Translations under genes and position numbers: made by a program
Assembly (NCBI GenBank): GCA_965140445.1
Contig: OZ223236.1
Location: 4,032,001 to 4,096,000 of the forward strand
Direction of reading: 5' to 3'
DNA length: 64,000 nucleotides
DNA from: Candidatus Ozemobacteraceae bacterium
GTDB taxonomy: Bacteria > Muiribacteriota > Ozemobacteria > Ozemobacterales > Ozemobacteraceae
Shown here: piece after piece, positions 44,849 to 54,071 of the stretch
How positions within the stretch are numbered: position 1 is the first letter of the stretch
Layout: every line of letters starts with the position of its first letter
The notes under the pieces: model-generated
Seen by the model: the letters and a program-made list of their open reading frames with translations, nothing else
What the model was told of the DNA's origin: nothing
The model's database searches: none

Positions 44849-47643
44849 TTATCGCCTCCAGATCTTTTAAGCATTGCTTTTACATCAAATATTTTTTCAT
44901 CAGTAAAAGAAATTACTTGTTGATTCTTAATTTCATCATTCAATTGTTCCAAACTAATGGATTCCATTGCAAAAAGCCTTGTCAGAGAAGTAATTAATAC
45001 TGGAAGTTTTTTTCCCAGCTTTGCCTCTATAAATTCCTGAGCGACGGACCTTTTGTAAGAATTTGAAGCAGTTAAATCATTAATCGCATTGATTGTTGTC
45101 CCAGGTTCAGAGGAAGTTAATGCGACAACTTGTACTGCTACCCTGGCTCTTTCTTTCCATTCATAAATTCCCAGGCCTTCAATTTCATTTTCCAGAACAA
45201 TCTTCGCTTCGGCAAATATTTGGCCTAAAAACTCAACTGCTTGCTTTTCCAAGCTGCTTTCAGAGTCTTCTGAAATTAGTAACGACACATGTAACAATTC
45301 AGCCCAGGTAGGAATTTTTCTAAAAAAGTGGTTTGATAGCTCATTCCAAACAGGTTCAGACTGGAAAATAATTTGATCCTCAGATTCTCTAACTATACAC
45401 CTTGCCAAAAGCTTTTGAGCAAACATATCGCCTTGCTCAAAAACTTTTAAAATAATCCTTCTAGCCGTTTCATTTTCAAGCATTAAAACATTTGAAACTA
45501 ACCCCCAGTCTCCCCTATTTCCAACTGATTTAAAGGCAGTCGCAAGCTTTTTTCTCTCTTCTGCTGTTATCTGCCCCATCAGCCTTGAGACCTGGTTAAA
45601 GTTGCTTTTGGAGGCCTCTTCAAAAGCTTTTTCTGCCAACATGGAGATTTCATGATCTTTATGGCCAATCAGGGATTCAATTACCTCTAATGCTTTGGGA
45701 GTGTTGATCTTTGCCAGGGCATTTAATGAATTTTTAACAACAGTAACATCTGGGTCCTCGGATAGGAAATCTAATGCAGAAGTAAACATAGGCAATCCCA
45801 GCTCTCCCATTACTGCTGCTGCTGAGGCTCTATGAATTGGTTCTTTTGATTTGGCCATTTTGGCTAACTCAACCAAAGCCGATTCTATTTTTTCTGAATC
45901 CATAGTGAGCCTTAACATGCTCATAAGTGCATTGCTCTTAACTCTATGGTGCTTATGAAAAAGATAGTTATCAACAATAATTTCAAATCCGGCAGCTCTA
46001 GTAGAATTGCCAAGAGCTTCAATAATATCTGCCCTGAGCCTTTCATCTTCTGTTTCAGCAAGCATCATTTCAAGTTGGCAAACAATACTTCCCCCGCAAT
46101 CCCTTAGCAATTTTCTGGAAATTGATGCCAGACATTTTGGGTCTTGTTCCTTCTGGAAAATCTGCAAAAGAATCTCTTTTCTCCTGGTCAGCGGAAAACT
46201 ATCTATCTCCTCAATGGCATTTAATCTTAGCTCTGGATCTTCGCTTTGAAGCAAACTTGTTAAGTTTTCAAGTTTTTCAGTGTCTCCGAGGCACCTCAAA
46301 GCTCTAAGATGTTCGTCCAGGTCTTTGTGGTCACCAGAAACAAAAGTTTCCTTCAAAGTTATCAGGTATGCCTTATCTAAACGGTAATGCACTAGCGCAA
46401 GGAGAGAATAAAGAATTCCAGCGACAAAAAATAACAGCTTAAAAGGCAAATTCCCCTTAACGGCAATCAGAAAAATCCCCACAAAAGTGCTGGCAAAAGA
46501 ACAGGCAACAGAAATATCCCTTCGAAAAAAGACTCTTTTCTTTTGGGAGACCGCCCCTAGCAAAATAGTCGTGGCGGGAACTGAAAAGTTTTTACTATTT
46601 ATAAGAACAAGAAATTGAATAATTACGATTAGATAGAAGTTGTTACTGGTTGAGTTTAAAAAGCATAAAGAAGCCAGAATTATTGGCATTGCCGAAAGAA
46701 CAACCCCAATTGAAAACCTTGAAAAAATGCGTTTCATTACAAGCGTTTGCAAACCTATAACAACAAAATCAGCGCTTGCTCCAAAAGCTCCCATAAAAGA
46801 AGCTAAATCATTGCTGGAATAAAAATATACGCTCACTGCACCTGCAAAAAGAAAATCTATAAGGTATTTATTAAATAGTATTAAACCTGAGGAAAAAACC
46901 AGCAATCTGGCCAACGGATGCTTTAAAGTGCTTTCAGGAATTTCAGGAGCTGCCTTTTTTTCTTCCTGGGAATCCTTAACATGACTTACTTTATCTATTT
47001 CGGTCTCTCGCGCCACTTCTTCAATGCGCTCCACCTCGTAGTTCTTCAGAAGAAAAAGAATAATATTCAAGCACAAAAGGATTAAAGCGTTGCCATACAA
47101 AAGACCTTTTACCCCAAGAATTTCAATGACAAATTTGAGGAGAATCCCGCTAAGAATGTAACCAAGGCTTCCAAATGCATAGATAACCGAAAGATTCTTT
47201 TTAGACTCCTGAAGGGTAAGAAAATGGTTCAGCATAGCACCAAATGCTTGAGTACTTACTAAATCAACAAGCATAGCCACACATAAGAAACCAATTAAAG
47301 CCGGAAGAGACTCAGTAGGCATCAAAAAACCAGCAAAAGCTGAGAAAAAGACAACAGGAAATGAAATTCTGGAAAGTAACCAGTGCCCCTCTTTGCCTGC
47401 AATTCTTGACATTATGAGATATTGAAATGCTATGAACCCAATGTTTACAGCCAGATAAACCCAGGGTAATGAAGTTGCCCCAGCCTTTTTTAAAAAGACT
47501 GTTAGAACAGAAAGATAAAGAAGATTATTGGTGGCTTTTAAGAGAGTAAATGAAGCAGACAATAATGGAGTAAGCTGCTTTCTATCTGTTGATGTCCCCG
47601 CTGCTGTGTAAGAAGAATTTAAAGATTTAAAAACAGAACTCAC
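44845..47643 (-). CDS. Nucleotide-translocase (NTT/TLC, MFS-fold)-like membrane domain fused to HEAT repeats
   Basis: About 12 TM helices in the first 420 aa (FLKKAGATSLPWVYL, QESKK...IYAFGSLG.I.SG, Y...L), then HEAT repeats (EDPELRLNAIE, RLRADIIEALG, HHRVKSNA, RASAAAVMGELG, DPDVTVVKNSLNAL). Confidence 0.8.
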   Translation of the reverse strand: MSSVFKSLNSSYTAAGTSTDRKQLTPLLSASFTLLKATNNLLYLSVLTVFLKKAGATSLPWVYLAVNIGFIAFQYLIMSRIAGKEGHWLLSRISFPVVFFSAFAGFLMPTESLPALIGFLCVAMLVDLVSTQAFGAMLNHFLTLQESKKNLSVIYAFGSLGYILSGILLKFVIEILGVKGLLYGNALILLCLNIILFLLKNYEVERIEEVARETEIDKVSHVKDSQEEKKAAPEIPESTLKHPLARLLVFSSGLILFNKYLIDFLFAGAVSVYFYSSNDLASFMGAFGASADFVVIGLQTLVMKRIFSRFSIGVVLSAMPIILASLCFLNSTSNNFYLIVIIQFLVLINSKNFSVPATTILLGAVSQKKRVFFRRDISVACSFASTFVGIFLIAVKGNLPFKLLFFVAGILYSLLALVHYRLDKAYLITLKETFVSGDHKDLDEHLRALRCLGDTEKLENLTSLLQSEDPELRLNAIEEIDSFPLTRRKEILLQIFQKEQDPKCLASISRKLLRDCGGSIVCQLEMMLAETEDERLRADIIEALGNSTRAAGFEIIVDNYLFHKHHRVKSNALMSMLRLTMDSEKIESALVELAKMAKSKEPIHRASAAAVMGELGLPMFTSALDFLSEDPDVTVVKNSLNALAKINTPKALEVIESLIGHKDHEISMLAEKAFEEASKSNFNQVSRLMGQITAEERKKLATAFKSVGNRGDWGLVSNVLMLENETARRIILKVFEQGDMFAQKLLARCIVRESEDQIIFQSEPVWNELSNHFFRKIPTWAELLHVSLLISEDSESSLEKQAVEFLGQIFAEAKIVLENEIEGLGIYEWKERARVAVQVVALTSSEPGTTINAINDLTASNSYKRSVAQEFIEAKLGKKLPVLITSLTRLFAMESISLEQLNDEIKNQQVISFTDEKIFDVKAMLKRSGGDK

Positions 47644-48833
47644 TATTTTTTACCATCAACATCTTGACCAGAATGCCACTCTTTGGTCCAGATTTTATCC
47701 ATAATTCTATGTTTTTCCAGGTTGGCAACCATTTCATTAAAAGCGTTTCCCGTTTCGGCCAACTCATCTTCCCCCTCGATCTCAACACGATGATTAACGA
47801 TTCCCTGAGCAACTCTTCTGATGCCGTCTAACAGGGCATTGATACCAGAGGCTAAGGATCTGGAAAGAATAAAACCAAAAAAGACTGAAATGATTACAGC
47901 CACCGCCATAACAAAAGCCATATCAAAAAGGAACTGACTTAAAAAGCCCAGAATTTTATTTTTTGGTCTAACTGCCAACAGGTAGCCGTTAATTTGTGAA
48001 AAGTGGGCTAAAGTTCCAAGATACGTAGTAGAAGCCAGATCTATGAGAACTGGAGATGCATTATTTTCTCCTGAAATACTTTTGGGAAGTTTTATTCCAG
48101 AAAGGTTTGCGGGTAAACTTGAGCTTCCCGAAATTAAGCGCCCATTCAAATCCAAAAGAGCTAAAACATCATTTTCATCAGTTGGGAACTCGGCAACAAT
48201 CTCATGAATCTGAGGATCTGACAAGCTTATAGCGCAGCTCATAACTCCGCAAACAAGGTTTTTGTCAGCAAAATCAAAAATTGGAACCATAACTAAAAAC
48301 ATCTTTTGATCAAAAGATGAAATCAGTCGACTTGCAAAAGCTGGTTTACCAGTATTTACAACTTTCTTTATGGCTTCCGCAGCAAAAGAAGCTTCCACAG
48401 AGTTACTTTTAAAAGGGTTTTCGCCACTTTCAGGATCTGGAGCCCTTCTGTTTCTGAGTGTCATGCATTGAATATCACCATCTGGCTTAAAAATGAAACA
48501 ACTAAAAAAGTAAGGATGCTTATCCAGAAATTCATGGATTTCCAGCAGTTGTTTTTCCTGAACCATTCCCTGTATAGCAGGAGAATCTGCCAGAATTTTC
48601 ATTTGCTCCTGATAGCTGGATAACAAAGAAGCAATACCTTGGCTTAAAGCTCTTGTTCTTGCTTTCTGAGAACTGATAGCCTGATTCAACAAATCACTTT
48701 GAACCTTGGAAGCAACAGTTCCGCCCAGCAAAAGAAGGGGTAAAATGCCAGCAAGAATAGTGGTCAAAATTATTTTGTTTCCAATTTTTTGATACCAATT
48801 TAACTTTGATTCAGTTTCATTCACCTGCTTCAT
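47643..48833 (-). CDS. Cache + HAMP membrane sensor lacking an output domain
   Basis: TM, dCache-like periplasmic region, TM, HAMP (RVEIEGEDELAETGNAFNEMVANL), then only about 24 aa to the stop. Confidence 0.88.
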   Translation of the reverse strand: MKQVNETESKLNWYQKIGNKIILTTILAGILPLLLLGGTVASKVQSDLLNQAISSQKARTRALSQGIASLLSSYQEQMKILADSPAIQGMVQEKQLLEIHEFLDKHPYFFSCFIFKPDGDIQCMTLRNRRAPDPESGENPFKSNSVEASFAAEAIKKVVNTGKPAFASRLISSFDQKMFLVMVPIFDFADKNLVCGVMSCAISLSDPQIHEIVAEFPTDENDVLALLDLNGRLISGSSSLPANLSGIKLPKSISGENNASPVLIDLASTTYLGTLAHFSQINGYLLAVRPKNKILGFLSQFLFDMAFVMAVAVIISVFFGFILSRSLASGINALLDGIRRVAQGIVNHRVEIEGEDELAETGNAFNEMVANLEKHRIMDKIWTKEWHSGQDVDGKK

Positions 48834-48940
48834 TGCCCCTAAATATATCTTAAACGCCTATAAACATTTTTTCAGAATTTGATTAGAAATACCATTCTTA
48901 TCTTTTTGGAATTAATCAATTCTAACTGAATATAACCTTA

Positions 48941-48975
48941 GTTTAAAAAGCCCGGCAATGCCGGGCTTTTTAAAC
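48941..48975 (-). terminator. Rho-independent terminator of the FecR/barrel/lipoprotein operon
   Basis: Perfect 16-bp stem GTTTAAAAAGCCCGGC-AAT-GCCGGGCTTTTTAAAC directly after the stop at 48977. Confidence 0.88.
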
Positions 48976-48976
48976 A

Positions 48977-50209
48977 CTATTTTTTAGATACTGCCAAAGT
49001 GCTGGAAAGTTCTGGTGGAGGGGTCCCGTATGTAACACCCTTTACATTCGCATATATAATCCTGTTCTCAAGATAAATGCTTCCACCTCCCTGGTATTCT
49101 GTTCTGTGAACAGGCCCAAAACTCTTAGCCAAGAGAGTTACAAAACCTCCCGTTGATGCGCCATTAACAAACCTTGAAATTGTGACCTGAAGCGTATCAG
49201 TAAAGGTTTGCCCCAGATAAGTATAGCTATCAGAACTTCTAGAAAGCTTTACCACAAAGCTAATATCATCAGTCCCTATTCTTCTGGAAAATGTAGCAAG
49301 AGTGTAACTGGCATTAGGAAGATTTATGTATTCCGGGAACATTGCCAAATAGTTATTGCCACTAAAGAATGGGGTATCGCTGTAGTAACAGAAATTTCTA
49401 CTGGCATCCATACCAAAACTATCTTTAGTTGCAGTTGCAATTGGGTTAAAGAAGTTTGCAGTATATTGACTTTCATTAGAATAGGTTGTTGATAAATAAT
49501 CCATCATTGCTATAGAAGTTACAGACTGGGAAATCGTGGGACGATAAAGCCTTTTTCTGTCATTAGACTGAATAGCTTGATTCACATAAGTCTGGAACCA
49601 ATACTCATTTCCAGAATCCATAGGCAAATAATCAAAAAGCTTGATGCTATCAGCAGTGGTCCCAGTATTTGTGCTTGTGCTCGTGCTCGTGCTCGTGCTC
49701 GTATAAGTGTAAGTCCCGGTATCGATATGGGTATAAGTAGAAGTCGAGGTTGGTATCACGCCACCAAGATCCAGCTTATCTATAATCCACTTTCCGTTTT
49801 CCTTGACAAGATTAAAATACATTGTGATTTTAGGCTCAACATGGTCATATCTCGCAATAACTTCCGCGTAATCCCCAAACTGCTTAATTTCAGAGGAATT
49901 AATAGAAAAAGACCATGTAGCATTATCAGTTGAACTGGCTATATCTGGCCCAAAATCATATACGACCAAGGTGTAGTAACATTCGGTTTCACTGCAAGTT
50001 GATGAAACTAAAGAACTCAAAGCCGCCTGGTCCTTACTTACCAAGGCATTTGCAAAACTTTGAACAGTATTGGTAATTTCAGCAACATCTGCCGGGTTAG
50101 ATGGAACAGGAGTTCCTCCTCCACCGCCGCCCATACAGCCAGTTATTGCGATAACGACAACAAAAATACAAAATAATAAATCTCTACTATTTAATCTCAT
50201 TTGATCCAT
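48977..50209 (-). CDS. Lipoprotein with NTF2/DUF4878-like N-domain, Thr/Ser linker and beta-rich C-domain
   Basis: Lipobox ITGC followed by MGGGGGG; FNLVKENGKWII motif; TSTSTSTSTST linker; DYLPM.SGN.Y.F and LAK..GPV pattern in the C-domain. Confidence 0.8.
   Translation of the reverse strand: MDQMRLNSRDLLFCIFVVVIAITGCMGGGGGGTPVPSNPADVAEITNTVQSFANALVSKDQAALSSLVSSTCSETECYYTLVVYDFGPDIASSTDNATWSFSINSSEIKQFGDYAEVIARYDHVEPKITMYFNLVKENGKWIIDKLDLGGVIPTSTSTYTHIDTGTYTYTSTSTSTSTSTNTGTTADSIKLFDYLPMDSGNEYWFQTYVNQAIQSNDRKRLYRPTISQSVTSIAMMDYLSTTYSNESQYTANFFNPIATATKDSFGMDASRNFCYYSDTPFFSGNNYLAMFPEYINLPNASYTLATFSRRIGTDDISFVVKLSRSSDSYTYLGQTFTDTLQVTISRFVNGASTGGFVTLLAKSFGPVHRTEYQGGGSIYLENRIIYANVKGVTYGTPPPELSSTLAVSKK
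49671..49702. repeat. In-frame hexanucleotide tandem repeat (GTGCTY)x5
   Basis: GTGCTT GTGCTC GTGCTC GTGCTC GTGCTC GT encoding the Thr-Ser linker on the minus strand. Confidence 0.85.
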
Positions 50210-50218
50210 TCTCCCCTC

Positions 50219-52198
50219 TTAAAAATCGTATTCTAGACCACCATAGAATTCTGTTATAGTCATTGGTCTTGTAAAATCCCACAGTAATTCCTGAGAGAGG
50301 GAGTCAAAAGATCTATAGTATGATTTTTCCCAGGATGCCAATAGCTTTAGCTTCAAATTTTCTTTGAGACTAACGTTAAATCTAACTTCAGTCTGGGGTT
50401 GAGTTTCAGCTTCCCAACCGGTATTGAGATTATTCCCGTTTCTGAAAGAGAACTTTCTCCAGCTTTGATTAACTTTCCAGTCATATTTTCCAGACTTAAC
50501 ATAAGAAAGAGCCAGTCCACTTTTCAAGAACTTATAATCTCGATAAAACAATTGTTCATAAATTCTCTCTAAAAGGTCACTCTGCCATGTTAAATCCATT
50601 TTATTACGAAGTTTCCATGACAATTTTGCGGAGAAAAGGTTTTCTCTGAAGTCCATAACAGCGCCTACAACAGAATCTCTTCTATGATAAGTGTCATCAA
50701 TTCTAATTTTAAAGTTTGGATTAATCTTTTTCTGCCAAACTCCGTGCAATTTATGGTTTTTATGGGCTCTGGCTTTTGTATTTTCATCATTATAGATATA
50801 CCTGTAGTCAAAATTTCCTCTCGAGCTCTTGTCAAAGCGGAATTTTGCCATGGTCATCAGATCCATTTGCGCATACCCACGCGGACCATCTGCCTGATAA
50901 TTTCTTTTCTGATACTGACCTTCAAAAACATATGACAACTTTTCGTGTACTGGAAGGTCATAATTAACCCTGAAGTAATTGTCGTAGTAACTTGTTCGAT
51001 AAAGATTAATAGCTTCTTTCTCGTAAGTTCTTCTATCAAATGTATTTGAAACGCTTAAATCTGCCTTATTACCAACATAATTCATATTATATTCGGTATA
51101 TAAATTCACATTATTGTAATCCAAGTCATTAATATTTCGATAAGTTCTTTGATTACCAGTGATTTCAGCAAAGATATTTCCACCTTTAAGGAACCAGGTT
51201 TCCTGATCACTCAAATTTAATTGATGAAATTCTGAACGCTTATAGTTTGGATATGCTCTTGTCTGATAGCCAGCATTAACAAGTCTTTCTCTCTTTTGCC
51301 ATTTGTGGTTGAAGAATACTTCAAAAAGGTTATCACGATAATCCTTAATGACATTATCTGGATACCAGGCATGATGAAGAGTGTTTTTAAAGGTCCATGC
51401 TTTTGAATTTTTGAGTTTTAGCAGATAAGAAGCAGTCAAGTAATTTTCATGAACTGGTTCGTTTCTTTCTCTCTTTAAAAATCTGTCCTCAATGAATAAT
51501 TGACGATTTTCATTAAACTTGTAATTCAAAGATAGTTTTGCTTGTCCGAGATTGTTTGGAAGTGCTGATTCAACAGTCTTAAAAGGAGTTGTTTTGGTTT
51601 GAGTTCTATAAACTTCGTTTCTATTCTGAAAATCAAGTTTGAGAACTCCGCTAATTTCAACCTTTTTATACTCATTTTTTTGCTTTTTGGTAGTTACAGG
51701 AGCTTTTTCAGATGAAGGAGCAACGTAATCAGAAAGATCCGAACTTTCCTTTTTAGCACTTTCCTTATTTTGATCTGAACTTCCAGACTTCTTTTGCCCC
51801 CTATTCACAAATGAATCGAGGTAAAAGTTTCTAACTTCTTTGTAGGTATCATCTATTCTTGAGAATCCATCAAAGAGCTCAGCTCTGTCATTAGGATAAT
51901 CTGAAGACACATTAATAAATAAATCTTCCATCAGATCATATCTTTTCTGGACATAATCCATCTTATCTTCAGCTTCATCCATTATATCCTGATATTTGCT
52001 TTCTGTTGGCTCTATATTCTGATTTATTATTCTTCTATCAAGTTCCTTCAAGCGGTTGAAAGAATTTGAAAAATCAGGCTCATATCTTCTAAATGCATTT
52101 AAAGCATTCTGACTGGAAACAGAAATGGCAAAAGCTTGTCCAGCAAGCAAAATGACCATTAGAAACGAAATTATTGAAACTCTCTTTTTAGTATTCAT
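50219..52198 (-). CDS. Putative outer-membrane beta-barrel protein with N-terminal helical domain
   Basis: Signal peptide, helical N-domain, low-complexity linker, about 470 aa of alternating Tyr/Arg-rich amphipathic strands, C-terminal FYGGLEYDF beta-signal. Confidence 0.7.
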   Translation of the reverse strand: MNTKKRVSIISFLMVILLAGQAFAISVSSQNALNAFRRYEPDFSNSFNRLKELDRRIINQNIEPTESKYQDIMDEAEDKMDYVQKRYDLMEDLFINVSSDYPNDRAELFDGFSRIDDTYKEVRNFYLDSFVNRGQKKSGSSDQNKESAKKESSDLSDYVAPSSEKAPVTTKKQKNEYKKVEISGVLKLDFQNRNEVYRTQTKTTPFKTVESALPNNLGQAKLSLNYKFNENRQLFIEDRFLKRERNEPVHENYLTASYLLKLKNSKAWTFKNTLHHAWYPDNVIKDYRDNLFEVFFNHKWQKRERLVNAGYQTRAYPNYKRSEFHQLNLSDQETWFLKGGNIFAEITGNQRTYRNINDLDYNNVNLYTEYNMNYVGNKADLSVSNTFDRRTYEKEAINLYRTSYYDNYFRVNYDLPVHEKLSYVFEGQYQKRNYQADGPRGYAQMDLMTMAKFRFDKSSRGNFDYRYIYNDENTKARAHKNHKLHGVWQKKINPNFKIRIDDTYHRRDSVVGAVMDFRENLFSAKLSWKLRNKMDLTWQSDLLERIYEQLFYRDYKFLKSGLALSYVKSGKYDWKVNQSWRKFSFRNGNNLNTGWEAETQPQTEVRFNVSLKENLKLKLLASWEKSYYRSFDSLSQELLWDFTRPMTITEFYGGLEYDF

Positions 52199-52217
52199 TT
52201 AATATCCTCCAGTTCTC

Positions 52218-53891
52218 TTACTTAAGGAAAGTGCTGAGCTGATTTTCCAGATCGGCAATGTTATTCTGCAATTGCTCGGCAACTACCCCAAGTTCCTGGA
52301 ATTTATTGCTGATATTCGTCCAGGAATTCTCTATTTCCTCTTGTTCACTAGTCTTAAAACTAGTGCTTTGAGAAGCTCTCATTGTTTGATCATAAAGTCT
52401 TTGTGCAGACTCATACTGTCTTTTAACTGTGACAAAACTTCTCATAATTAGAAGCGAACTACGTAATCGCTTCTGCTTAACGTCATCAGTTGTTCCTGAA
52501 AGTGAGTTATATGCAAGAATTTCATTATTTAACAAAACAATATTATCTGAGAGCTTGTCATCAAACTCCTGCATTTCAACAAGCTTTGAAGAATCAACTT
52601 CGACGACTTCAACCTGCTTAAGAACTGAAGAAAGAACTGTTATCTGGTCATTTAGGCGTTTAAGTAAATTTCTCGCATTTGGATCATCTGGGTTAACCTC
52701 GATAATAGATTCTGTTTTGCTTACAAGTTCATTTAGCGTCTCAACTAGCTCAGTTCCCTTTTCATAAGCTTCAGAAAATTCTTCTTGCGATTTACCGTTT
52801 GGATTCGCCAAAACTCCATTTTTAATTCCATCTATCTCAGCAACAATTGAATTAAGCTCATTTTCAATTGCTGCGATGTCATTTAATGCATCTTCATCCA
52901 AAGATGACAGCTTAAATTTGAAGCTCATAATCTTGTTTGTTTCCGCTTCAAAACCAGCTCTTTTTGAAATAGTTTCATTAATTAATTTTGAATACCCGGC
53001 AATTTTTTGTCGGTCTGCCTCTGAAAGATTAGGGGTTGTTAGAGCATCGGCTACCTTCTTCTTCATTGAAGCAATTATCATGGTATCTTCTAGTAGGGCT
53101 CCCAGGAATCTGTCAGCATCTTTTTGAAGTTCCCAGGCAATGTCTTCTTCAACCGCCTGCAATTCAATTAACTTTTGAAAGTCATCTTTAAGTCTTGCAA
53201 ATTCTGTGGATTCTAACTCAATAATCTTTTGAAGATTTTCAGGAACTTCGTTCATCTGAATAGATTCGCCAAGCTTAGAAGTTGCGTCTTCCCAGAGCTT
53301 TTGTTCAGCCTGAACGTCAATTTCCTGCTTTTCGGTTTTTCCACCTGGTTTGATTACCAGTTCTTCACCCATATTTACTTGAATTATTTCGCGGGTTTCT
53401 CGGATTAAAACATCAGCAACACCACGAAGAACCTTAACTCTATTTTCTGTTTTATCTTCGGACTGAGAACAAGTTATGTTAGTTCCTTTGATACCTGCAA
53501 TAGCCTGGCTCATATCAACTTCCATAGAACCATCTTTAATCATTTTCTTCACATTCACCCAAACTTTACCAGTGATCAAAGTGATCTTATTTTCTTTTTC
53601 TGGTGGCGTAGAGAGAATAATCTCAGTTCTTGGTTTCATTACAAATGTGGTCATATCTGTAAGACTCAGAATTGCTGAGGAGTCATTTCCACCAGTTTTA
53701 ATGTGATCGTCAACGTTCAAAACGTCATCTAAACCGGCCATTTCCCATGCTTCATCGTCCAGATCAACTTTTGGACAAACCTGAACCTCTCCAGCCAGGT
53801 CAGAAAAACGGATACCAGAATCTTCGGCCCAAACCTCAGATCCAGCAAAACAAAGTAAAAATGCCAGAACGACAATAGCAAACTTTTTCAT
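52218..53891 (-). CDS. Exported FecR-domain protein with long acidic coiled-coil
   Basis: Signal peptide; GEVQV, D.IKTG..SSA.L...D, L.TGKVWVNV.K, AIAGIKGT, VKVLRG FecR pattern; about 350-aa heptad-rich C-terminus. Confidence 0.82.
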   Translation of the reverse strand: MKKFAIVVLAFLLCFAGSEVWAEDSGIRFSDLAGEVQVCPKVDLDDEAWEMAGLDDVLNVDDHIKTGGNDSSAILSLTDMTTFVMKPRTEIILSTPPEKENKITLITGKVWVNVKKMIKDGSMEVDMSQAIAGIKGTNITCSQSEDKTENRVKVLRGVADVLIRETREIIQVNMGEELVIKPGGKTEKQEIDVQAEQKLWEDATSKLGESIQMNEVPENLQKIIELESTEFARLKDDFQKLIELQAVEEDIAWELQKDADRFLGALLEDTMIIASMKKKVADALTTPNLSEADRQKIAGYSKLINETISKRAGFEAETNKIMSFKFKLSSLDEDALNDIAAIENELNSIVAEIDGIKNGVLANPNGKSQEEFSEAYEKGTELVETLNELVSKTESIIEVNPDDPNARNLLKRLNDQITVLSSVLKQVEVVEVDSSKLVEMQEFDDKLSDNIVLLNNEILAYNSLSGTTDDVKQKRLRSSLLIMRSFVTVKRQYESAQRLYDQTMRASQSTSFKTSEQEEIENSWTNISNKFQELGVVAEQLQNNIADLENQLSTFLK

Positions 53892-54028
53892 TCGCGGGAA
53901 CTCCTCAAAAAAATCTTATCTCTTATCAGTCTTATGTACAAAGAGCTCAAAAAAAATATCACAAGGGTGTACATTAATCAAGTTACGTAGAAATGCCATG
54001 AAACTCGATTAAAAATGCGCAATAAAAA

Positions 54029-54059
54029 AGGCTGGCTCTATCAAATGAAGAGCCAGCCT
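54029..54059 (-). terminator. Rho-independent terminator of the M23 peptidase gene
   Basis: AGGCTGGCTCT-9 nt-AGAGCCAGCCT stem with T tract on the minus strand, just after stop at 54072. Confidence 0.85.
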
Positions 54060-54071
54060 AAAAAATCTTTT

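Noticed and set aside
52218..53891. Classical FecI/FecR/FecA iron signalling system
   Set aside because: No ECF sigma gene, no cytoplasmic anti-sigma segment, and the neighbouring barrel lacks recognisable TonB-dependent receptor plug motifs.
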